Positions 8,187-16,038 of a DNA stretch of 64,000 nt are shown one piece after another; the first letter of the stretch is position 1; each line of letters opens with the position of its first letter. The notes beneath the pieces are model-generated. The model searched no databases. It had not been told where the DNA came from and saw only the letters and a program-made list of their open reading frames with translations. Both the position numbers and the translations under genes were made by a program. The DNA is from Bacteroidota bacterium (GTDB lineage: Bacteria; Bacteroidota; Bacteroidia; AKYH767-A; OLB10), in NCBI GenBank assembly GCA_018268195.1, contig JAFDWZ010000030.1, positions 43,599 through 107,598 on the forward strand, in the 5' to 3' direction.

Positions 8187-10835
8187 TCACCTCTGGTTCG
8201 GTATATCTTCAGGAGTGATTTCAAACTGGTCTTCTTTCTCCTTGTATTTCATAATCTGGTCGAGTGCATCCGGAATCACATCGCTGCAAATGACAATAAA
8301 GGAGCCTTTCTTACCATTTTTAATGGCATAATCAATTGCTTCTCGTTCGAGAGGAATAACGGTGACTGCCTTTTTCGGGTCCACATTTTTAATTCCTTCG
8401 AGCATGAGGTCAATAATTTCCTGTTCGGTGCGCCCTCTGAGATTTCTGTCCTGTCTTATGATTATTTCATCAAACATCTTTGCGGCAAGTGTACCCAAGG
8501 CAATGATATCCTCATCGCGTCTGTCGCCAACCCCGGCAATAATTCCTACCTTGGGTTTTGCTTCAACTTTTTCGAGGAAACGTGCTATAGCCTGGAATCC
8601 TGCAGGGTTGTGTGCATAATCCACCATCACCGTAAACTTACGGAACTGGAACATATTCATACGTCCGGGAGTCTGCACCGGAGATGGGATAAAGGTTTCG
8701 AGCGCAAGACGTATATCTTCCATTTTGAAATTGCGGATAAAGGCTGCCAGAATGGTAGGCAGAATGTTTTGTATCATAAATACAGCCTTTCCGGAGAAGG
8801 TGAGCGGTATATTAATAACCTTGTGTACCCGAAGTTTCCAAGTGCCTTTACAAATGGTTACATGGCCATTTTCGAGGATGGCAGCGAGGCCTCCATTTTC
8901 GCAATGTTTTTTGATAAGTGCATTGTTTTCGTCAAGGCTGAAATAAGCCACATTACAATCGAGATTGCGAGCCATTGCGGCAACCAATTCGTCATCGGCA
9001 TTAAGAATTGCATAACCTCCGGGTAGAACGCTTTCAGGAACTACGGCTTTAACTTTTGCCATTTCGTCAAGTGTATTTATTCCTTTAAGTCCAAGATGAT
9101 CTGCGGCTACATTGGTAACAATAGCTATATCACAGTTATGAAAACCCAGTCCGGCACGAAGAATTCCTCCTCTTGCAGTTTCGAGTACTGCAAAATCAAC
9201 AGTAGGATCTTTCAGAACAAATTCAGCACTTTGCGGACCGGTACAATCGCCTTGCTGCAACATCTGATGTTGAATATAAATACCATCCGTAGTGGTGAAT
9301 CCCACTTTGTATCCGCAGGTTTTGGCAATGTGAGCCATCAGCCGCGTGGTAGTAGTTTTTCCGTTAGTACCTGTAACGGCAATAATCGGAATACGGTAGG
9401 CCTGTCCGGGAGGATAGAGCATATCAACCACCGGTTCGGCAACGTTGCGAGGAAGCCCATCTGTAGGTGCAATGTGCATTCGGAATCCGGGAGCTGCATT
9501 CACTTCAAGTACTGCCCCTCCTATTTCGGTAAGTGGCTCACTTATATCAGGAGTCATAATGTCAATTCCGCAAATGTCAAGACCGATGATTCGTGCAATA
9601 CGTTCGCACATAAAAACATTATATGGATGAACAATATCTGTAACATCAGTAGCAGTGCCACCTGTGCTGAGGTTGGCAGTGCGTTTGAGGAAAAGCTCCT
9701 CCCCTTTTTTCAATATACTCTGCAGGGTAAGATTTTTTTCTTCAAGAATATGCTCCGTCATCTCATCAACCTTAATAGCCGTAAGTACTTTTTCATGACC
9801 ATAGCCTCTCCGCGGGTCTTCGTTTACTTTATTAATAAGTTGCTGAATGGTGCTTTTTCCATCTCCGGTAACGGCAGCAGGTTTGCGTTGTGCAGCACAA
9901 ACAAACTTGTAGTTGATAACCAAGATACGATGGTCGTAGCCGGTAATATATTTTTCTACTATTACGGAGCGTGAAATTTTCTTAGCAATGCCAAGGGCTT
10001 CAACAGCCTGCTCATAATTACGAATGTTGATGGTGGCTCCGCGGCCATGATTGCCGCTGAGAGGTTTAATTACAAGCGGAAATCCCAAATCTTCAATAGC
10101 ATCTTTCAGCCCATCTTCGTCACGCACAATTTTCCCTTTAGGAACAGGAATAGATTGCGCTTCGAGCAGATTTTTGGTATCTTCTTTATCACAGGCAATC
10201 TCTACGGCAATGCTGCTGGTGGTGCTTGCTACGGTAGCCTGAATTCTGCGTTGGTTGATTCCATATCCAAGTTGCACCAATGAATGGCGATTGAGTCTTA
10301 TCCACGGAATACCTCGTGATGCAGCTTCTTCTACAATAGAACCTGTGCTGGGGCCTAAACGTTCGTCTTCACGTATTTCGCGCAGTTGCTGAATATCATT
10401 TGCCAAATCATAATCTTTTCCATCAACCAGAGCCTGCGCAATGCGAACTGCTGAACGTGCAGCATATACTCCGGCTTTTTCTTCGATATAGGAAAACACT
10501 ACATGATATACTCCATGTTCGCCAGTGCCACGTGTGCGGCCAAAGCCTGTATCCATTCCGGCAAGAGTCTGCAATTCGAGAGCGATATGCTCAATTACAT
10601 GTCCCATCCAGGTACCTTCTTCTACCCGATGAAAAAAGCCTCCTTCATAATCTTCGCTGCAACGATGCGAGTACATAGATGGAAACATACTTTTCAGCCG
10701 CTCCAGAAAACCCGGAATTTTATCGGTAGGTTTCTCTTCCAGTTCCTCCAGGTCGAGTTTCATCACTATCAACTTATGCCTTCTGATACTCCAGAAGTTG
10801 GGCCCACGCATGGGGCGAATTTCAATTACCCTCAT
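8187..10835 (-). CDS. cphA: Cyanophycin synthetase
   Basis: 882 aa. The CphA-specific N domain is MRVIEIRPMRGPNFWS...GHVIEHIALELQ. The ATP-grasp domain carries FPLVIKPLSGNHGRG. The Mur-ligase-like domain carries IIAVTGTNGKTTTTRL and DYAHNP. Confidence 0.93.
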   Translation of the reverse strand: MRVIEIRPMRGPNFWSIRRHKLIVMKLDLEELEEKPTDKIPGFLERLKSMFPSMYSHRCSEDYEGGFFHRVEEGTWMGHVIEHIALELQTLAGMDTGFGRTRGTGEHGVYHVVFSYIEEKAGVYAARSAVRIAQALVDGKDYDLANDIQQLREIREDERLGPSTGSIVEEAASRGIPWIRLNRHSLVQLGYGINQRRIQATVASTTSSIAVEIACDKEDTKNLLEAQSIPVPKGKIVRDEDGLKDAIEDLGFPLVIKPLSGNHGRGATINIRNYEQAVEALGIAKKISRSVIVEKYITGYDHRILVINYKFVCAAQRKPAAVTGDGKSTIQQLINKVNEDPRRGYGHEKVLTAIKVDEMTEHILEEKNLTLQSILKKGEELFLKRTANLSTGGTATDVTDIVHPYNVFMCERIARIIGLDICGIDIMTPDISEPLTEIGGAVLEVNAAPGFRMHIAPTDGLPRNVAEPVVDMLYPPGQAYRIPIIAVTGTNGKTTTTRLMAHIAKTCGYKVGFTTTDGIYIQHQMLQQGDCTGPQSAEFVLKDPTVDFAVLETARGGILRAGLGFHNCDIAIVTNVAADHLGLKGINTLDEMAKVKAVVPESVLPGGYAILNADDELVAAMARNLDCNVAYFSLDENNALIKKHCENGGLAAILENGHVTICKGTWKLRVHKVINIPLTFSGKAVFMIQNILPTILAAFIRNFKMEDIRLALETFIPSPVQTPGRMNMFQFRKFTVMVDYAHNPAGFQAIARFLEKVEAKPKVGIIAGVGDRRDEDIIALGTLAAKMFDEIIIRQDRNLRGRTEQEIIDLMLEGIKNVDPKKAVTVIPLEREAIDYAIKNGKKGSFIVICSDVIPDALDQIMKYKEKEDQFEITPEDIPNQR

Positions 10836-10890
10836 AAAAAAAACGTTTGGTTATGGCACGAATATAATATATTCATATCAAACCAAACGT
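10836..10890 (-). terminator. Extended hairpin plus T7 between the CUB-repeat gene and cphA
   Basis: On the minus strand, an outer 10-bp stem ACGTTTGGTT / AACCAAACGT encloses an inner 6-bp stem GAATAT / ATATTC. A T7 run follows and ends directly at the cphA ATG (10835). Confidence 0.5.
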
Positions 10891-10908
10891 CTTTGGATAT
10901 ATTTCAGG

Positions 10909-13900
10909 TTACTGAATAAGGAGTTTTTTTACTACTGAGGTATTGTTGGTAGATATTCTCAAAACATAAAGTCCGGGAGTATAATCGAGCTTCAAAGTAA
11001 GGTCTGCATCTTTGGTAAGTTGCTGCTGAAGTAACTTACCGGTCAAATCCATTAGTTCAATAGAAACCTCCGTATTATTAAGAGTGCTTAAATCTATTTT
11101 CACAAAATCAGAAGCAGGATTGGGAAATACAGATAATCCGTTTAACAAATCATCTTCTTTGATGCCTGTATAAAAACAGTTACCACTTGAACTGATAGCT
11201 GCCATCCACCCGTTTGAGTTAAAACCATTGTTTGTTTTTATCCGAAACGTAAGGCTACCATCAACAGCAGTAGAGGTAAAGCTAGTGTCAGTTGCATCTG
11301 CTTTAAGAACAGCCAGTAAAGGAGCATTTATTGAATTACCATTAAATATGCTCATAGAATCAGAGCTGTTGTAATTGTAGAAATAGTTGAAGTTAGCAGT
11401 CAGGTAAGTGTTCTGTTGCGAAGGCGTCAGAGTTATAACATCATCGGTATTATCATTATAATTAATATCAGGTCCACCATTATCCATCAGAAATCCATTA
11501 TCGGTTATGTAACTTCCAGTCATTGAAAAAATCTTTGGTGCAGTATTTACCGTAACATAACCTGACCACCCCGATTGATTAGATCCACTATTAGAAATTG
11601 TTTGCACAGTGAGACATCCTGTGGGATGAGTTGAAACAATTGTTCCATAACCACCATCACTTCCCAACTTTGCAATAACAGGGTCGGTAACGGAAGGACC
11701 ATTATGCACTTCGATATAATCATTGTTGTCATATTGCTTATAGCGAGAAAAAAGAATACTGACTCTATCGCCTGCATTCAAAGGCCGCAGACAGGTTACA
11801 GTATTTTCATTATCAGTATAGTTGCCATAAGGTCCACCCTGATCATAAAATGCTTTGGGTTCATTGATGGTAAAAGTTCCCGGCATAGAAATAACCTCTG
11901 GTAATGAATCCGTATTCAAAATTGCCACCCATCCGTTGGAGTTTGAGCCATTATCAGAAACGAATTTCACTGTTAAGCTTCCTGTAGTGTTGGATGCTGA
12001 TGCTTTAATAGAACCATGACCGGTACGATTATTTAAAACAGCAATTATGGGGTCGGTAATGGAAGGTCCGTCATGCACTTCTAAAAAATCGTTTGCACCG
12101 TATGTGTTCAGGAAAACAAATTTCAATAAAGATTTATCCTGTACAGAAACCGGAGTAAACGTAAAAACATGATTGACTTGATCCGTATAATTACCGCCAT
12201 TGCCCCCGGCATCCATAAAAATTCCTTCATTAGCTACATAAGTGCCCGGAAGTGAAAAAATCTGAGGCGTAACTGTTGACGATAAAAATGCAGCCCATCC
12301 ACCTCTATTAGATCCTCCATTTGATACAAAGCGGAAGGTTAGACAGCCTGCACTATTGGTAGCTTTAAGTGTGCCATAGGCTGCCTTATTATAGAGCTTT
12401 GCAAGCATAGGAGCCGTAAACACATTGTCGCCATCATATACTTCAAGATAATCATTAATATCATAAGTTTCAAAATAAGTAAAAGACGCACTTAGCTTTT
12501 CATTTGCATTAGCAGGAAAGAAAGTAACCACACTGGTTAATCCTGAATTGTCAGCATAGTTGGCATCAGGGCCTCCGTTATCATAAAAATAAGCAGCAGA
12601 GGTTGTGTAGCTTGCCGAAGTGTTTAATGGCATATTGTAAGATTGAATACCTGAAGTACAATTTACTGTAGCAAACCATCCGGTGTTATTTCCACTATTG
12701 TTTGAAACAAATTTAAAAGTTAGGCTACCGGTGGCATGTGTTGATACAACTGAAAAAGAATTTAGAGTTCCGGTGTAGGTGCCTATCAAGGCACTGTTGG
12801 TATCCGGACCATTATACACAGTCAAAAAATCATTGACAGAAAGTGAAAAAGAATGAAATGTAACATTTAATTTATCAGTTGCTCCTGATGGAGTCAAAGT
12901 AGTTACACTATTTTTTGCATCACCATAATTATAAGCTACACCGCCATTGTCATAAAATCTTGCAAAACAGTTCACGATAAAACTTTGGTTTGCCAGCATA
13001 GTTATTTCTTCTGCAGTAGTAAAGGTTGTAATAGATGCTATCCATCCGGGAGCGTTACCACTGGCATTGGTTACAAACCTGAAAGTGAGAGCGCCTGTTG
13101 CATTGGATGCATGAACAGTTCCTGCATTAAGTCCTGTAATAACTGCCATAGGTGTAGTAGTAACCGTTGCAGCATCAAATACCTCAAGGTAATCACCTGC
13201 AGCGATATCACATTCGTGAAAAGTAACCGAAATTTTATCGCCTGCATTCTTAGGCAACATGGTACATACTGTAGTGTTGGCACCTGCAGGGTAATTATCA
13301 AACGCACCTCCACTATCGAAAAAGCGGCCTGTTGAAATGGTATAGACGCCATTGGCTAATGTTGTAATATCTTCCGGATGATAATTGACGATGATGGATG
13401 CTATCCATCCGGCAGCATTACCAGAGGCATTAGAAGTAAATACAAAAGTCAGAGAACCATCAGCAGCTGATGAGGTAATTGTTCCATAATTAACTGATGA
13501 TCCTGTAATCTGACCAATCTGATTTACACCTGCCACAGAGCCATCAAATACCGTTAAAATATCACCTTGATTAATATTACATTCGTGAAACACCACGCTG
13601 ATTTTGTCACCGGGATTTTTCGGATAAATGGTCGTAATGACATTTGAATTATCCTCGTAATTATTACTTGTTCCTCCGCTGTCGAAAAAACGTCCTCCGG
13701 ATGAATACCATTTCCCTGATGCCATCATAGTGATATCTTCCGGGAGCGTGTCAATAGTTACCGTAGCCAACCATCCTTCGGCATTACCTGCATTATCGGA
13801 GTGAAACAAAAATGTAAGACTGCCATCAGCTGATGATGATTTAATACTTCCGTATTTTATTCCACCGGTCAGTTCTTTTATCAGTGGCGCACCCACTGTG

Positions 13901-14178
13901 TTTCCATCATACACACGTAAATAGTCAGTGTTATTTTGCACATTAAACTTATGAAATGTAACACATATTTTTGCGTTAGGAAGATTTGCAGGAGGGTAAA
14001 TAGTAAGTGTGTCCTGAAGATTATTGGCATAGTTATTCGCCTCGCCTCCCTGATCATAAAAATTAACGAGACAAGTGTGGATTATACCGGAATGCATATT
14101 CATTCCATTACCTGCAAATACAGGCAATACAAGAACACTGCAACACAGAGCAATGATGATTTGTTTTATTTTTTTCAT
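10909..14178 (-). CDS. T9SS type-A cargo protein with 8 tandem CUB-like modules
   Basis: 1089 aa with signal peptide MKKIKQIIIALCCSVLVLPVFA. Eight ~121-aa modules share F(Y/F)DxGG..NY...(I/L)xVxF..F...D(Y/F)LxV(Y/F/H)(D/N)G...G(S/A/C)LT(F/V).F.S(N/D)....N..GW.A. The Por_Secre_tail CTD reads SVFPNPASDFVKIDL...GLYVLRISTNNTSVVKKLLIQ. Confidence 0.85.
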   Translation of the reverse strand: MKKIKQIIIALCCSVLVLPVFAGNGMNMHSGIIHTCLVNFYDQGGEANNYANNLQDTLTIYPPANLPNAKICVTFHKFNVQNNTDYLRVYDGNTVGAPLIKELTGGIKYGSIKSSSADGSLTFLFHSDNAGNAEGWLATVTIDTLPEDITMMASGKWYSSGGRFFDSGGTSNNYEDNSNVITTIYPKNPGDKISVVFHECNINQGDILTVFDGSVAGVNQIGQITGSSVNYGTITSSAADGSLTFVFTSNASGNAAGWIASIIVNYHPEDITTLANGVYTISTGRFFDSGGAFDNYPAGANTTVCTMLPKNAGDKISVTFHECDIAAGDYLEVFDAATVTTTPMAVITGLNAGTVHASNATGALTFRFVTNASGNAPGWIASITTFTTAEEITMLANQSFIVNCFARFYDNGGVAYNYGDAKNSVTTLTPSGATDKLNVTFHSFSLSVNDFLTVYNGPDTNSALIGTYTGTLNSFSVVSTHATGSLTFKFVSNNSGNNTGWFATVNCTSGIQSYNMPLNTSASYTTSAAYFYDNGGPDANYADNSGLTSVVTFFPANANEKLSASFTYFETYDINDYLEVYDGDNVFTAPMLAKLYNKAAYGTLKATNSAGCLTFRFVSNGGSNRGGWAAFLSSTVTPQIFSLPGTYVANEGIFMDAGGNGGNYTDQVNHVFTFTPVSVQDKSLLKFVFLNTYGANDFLEVHDGPSITDPIIAVLNNRTGHGSIKASASNTTGSLTVKFVSDNGSNSNGWVAILNTDSLPEVISMPGTFTINEPKAFYDQGGPYGNYTDNENTVTCLRPLNAGDRVSILFSRYKQYDNNDYIEVHNGPSVTDPVIAKLGSDGGYGTIVSTHPTGCLTVQTISNSGSNQSGWSGYVTVNTAPKIFSMTGSYITDNGFLMDNGGPDINYNDNTDDVITLTPSQQNTYLTANFNYFYNYNSSDSMSIFNGNSINAPLLAVLKADATDTSFTSTAVDGSLTFRIKTNNGFNSNGWMAAISSSGNCFYTGIKEDDLLNGLSVFPNPASDFVKIDLSTLNNTEVSIELMDLTGKLLQQQLTKDADLTLKLDYTPGLYVLRISTNNTSVVKKLLIQ
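11187..14082 (-). repeat. Coding tandem array, 8 x ~363 bp (CUB-like modules)
   Basis: Eight successive protein modules were aligned by eye. Boundaries are approximate to within about 30 nt. Confidence 0.75.
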
Positions 14179-14222
14179 CGTTTTTTGATTTTAAAAGTTT
14201 AACATGTGGTTATTAAAATAAT

Positions 14223-14819
14223 TCACTTGATATTTTTCATATAAGCTCTGCTAACATCTTCCAACTCAGTTATCTTATTTCCGGTTTTATAATGTTTATC
14301 CAGCAAATATTTATTTCCATTCCAGACATACACGGGGAAATCAAAACCGGGACCTCCAACTTGAATAGCAGGCATAGAGCTTTTACCATCGTAAATCAAC
14401 TCAGGAATGCCGGGCAATGAAAGAACAGAGGCGTATTTATTATTCTCATTCTTCATTAACAGCGTAAATCCCTGGCCCGTATTACCGTATAAAAACATAC
14501 TGTAAGTGACAACAAATATTTCTTCCTTGCTGTCATTATTCAAATCCAATGGCAACAACTGCACTTCTGCATCTTCACCTTCAATCTGAAATTTTCCGGT
14601 TTCCTTATTGGCAACAAGTCCTGACAACAACAACACCTGATTCTTCTCTTCATCAGTAAGTGTTGACTTCACTCCCGAAAACATTTGCTGCGCATCCATT
14701 GATAAATCGCTATAATCTTCTTTAGTAGGTTTATCTACACCCGGTTTACAGCCAAAAGAGAACAAGCTTATGATAGTGGCCACAATCCATATTACCTGTG
14801 ATTTCATAGTGGTTTTCAT
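14223..14819 (-). CDS. Hypothetical lipoprotein
   Basis: 198 aa with a lipobox-like N-terminus, IISLFSFGC. It has an acidic FG-GAP/VCBS-like stretch, LLPLDLNNDSKEEIFVV. It starts 4 nt after the upstream ORF's stop and ends 44 nt before the CUB-repeat gene's start, on the same strand. Confidence 0.7.
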   Translation of the reverse strand: MKTTMKSQVIWIVATIISLFSFGCKPGVDKPTKEDYSDLSMDAQQMFSGVKSTLTDEEKNQVLLLSGLVANKETGKFQIEGEDAEVQLLPLDLNNDSKEEIFVVTYSMFLYGNTGQGFTLLMKNENNKYASVLSLPGIPELIYDGKSSMPAIQVGGPGFDFPVYVWNGNKYLLDKHYKTGNKITELEDVSRAYMKNIK

Positions 14820-14823
14820 AGCA

Positions 14824-15894
14824 TTACTTATTAACAGTGATGTTGTTTTTTAAGGAAAAGTCATATAACTTAAGTGATGAACGCTGATCGCTGCTTTTGT
14901 TGTAGTAAAAAGCATATTCACCTGCAGGAAGGTCTTCATTAAAATAAACCTTGTAAAGACGATCAGAAACTTTCTTGATTTCAAACATCACCACACCTTT
15001 TGCAAATCCTTGCTCATCAGAAAATGCAGACCTACGCGCAATTTGTATCTCACGGCCATTTTTATTTTGTGTAGCTTTTACCAGTACAAATTCCTTAGGA
15101 CTTGCAACCCCTTCTTCTGTACTTTCTTTCACCTGGTTCATATCTTTTCCTGACATGGACAGATAAAAATAAAATACCGGACGATCGTCCTCAACAACGG
15201 TACTGGATCTTGAACCTGCAAGCCCGACACGTGTGCTTATTCCGGAAATTCCTCCTGAATAATGATTGCCCATTGCCTCTCCAAATCCTCCCTTTTTGGT
15301 TTGGTTAGTAGTTGTGGGTTCAATCATAACGTAATCTATCTTAGGCGAAAACTGCTCGTAATATATTCCGGGAGTTGAAAGATTTGCTGGAGGCTTAATA
15401 TCCATAGGGTGAGGTTTATGGTTTTCGGATACAGCTTTAGTTGTACTTGCTTCAGCGGCAGGTGTAGTCATCATAACTTTAATTACGGACTCAGGCACTT
15501 CTGCTGTCTTTAATGCAATTAAAGCATCCGTTGAAGTATTAAAATTACATGACGACAAAGAAATTTTCTTTAAAATAATATCCTTACTTATTTTTCCGCT
15601 ATTCAACTTTATTACATCTTCGTTTTTCATTGCCGGTAAATTCCTGCAAGCCATCATCATTTCGCGTAGAATATTATCGGGGATTTTCTGGCTCTTCAAT
15701 TCAATGAGCTTATCAGAGGAAAGTTCAAAAGCGTTTGCTGAGCTTTTAATTTTATTGATGATAAGTGAGCCTGAAACCTTTGCCTGGATAAGTGAGGCAA
15801 TGCTCTCATTAGTGAGCGTTTCCTGAGCCATCGTACACATTGTTACCAATGAGAAGATGAGTGTAAAACCGGCATGTGTTATGAACCTTTTCAT
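14824..15894 (-). CDS. Hypothetical secreted protein with a duplicated ~55-aa N-terminal module
   Basis: 356 aa with signal peptide MKRFITHAGFTLIFSLVTMCTMAQ. Two copies of NE.I..L...K.S...I..KI..S...F..S.D.LI.LK....P...I..MM precede a beta-rich C-terminal half ending LPAGEYAFYY...LKLYDFSLK. Confidence 0.7.
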   Translation of the reverse strand: MKRFITHAGFTLIFSLVTMCTMAQETLTNESIASLIQAKVSGSLIINKIKSSANAFELSSDKLIELKSQKIPDNILREMMMACRNLPAMKNEDVIKLNSGKISKDIILKKISLSSCNFNTSTDALIALKTAEVPESVIKVMMTTPAAEASTTKAVSENHKPHPMDIKPPANLSTPGIYYEQFSPKIDYVMIEPTTTNQTKKGGFGEAMGNHYSGGISGISTRVGLAGSRSSTVVEDDRPVFYFYLSMSGKDMNQVKESTEEGVASPKEFVLVKATQNKNGREIQIARRSAFSDEQGFAKGVVMFEIKKVSDRLYKVYFNEDLPAGEYAFYYNKSSDQRSSLKLYDFSLKNNITVNK

Positions 15895-15912
15895 ATTCTT
15901 TTATTTTTTTGT

Positions 15913-15920
15913 CAAATATA
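15913..15920 (-). promoter_or_regulatory. -7 box TATATTTG for the 15894-10909 operon
   Basis: Exact TAnnTTTG match on the minus strand, 19 nt upstream of the ATG at 15894. Confidence 0.45.
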
Positions 15921-16010
15921 AAAGCACCTTTCAGGGTGATGCAAGCCACAATTATCTGCTGCCGCAAACCATTGAGCAGATGGCGGCTTTCATTTATTAA
16001 ATGCAATGCT

Positions 16011-16018
16011 TAAATTTG
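16011..16018 (+). promoter_or_regulatory. -7 box TAAATTTG for the TPR-kinase/LytTR operon
   Basis: Exact TAnnTTTG match, 21 nt upstream of the ATG at 16039. Confidence 0.45.
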
Positions 16019-16038
16019 ACGTTTAAAACCAAATATTC

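Noticed and set aside
9096-9974. A 292-aa ORF on the plus strand inside cphA. Neighbouring antisense ORFs occur at 8610-9026 and 10503-10919.
   Set aside because: It is codon-aligned antisense to cphA. It stays open simply because the sense strand avoids TTA, CTA and TCA codons. The product is Cys/Ser/Asn-rich with no motif or signal. The cphA reading is unambiguous. This is a shadow ORF.
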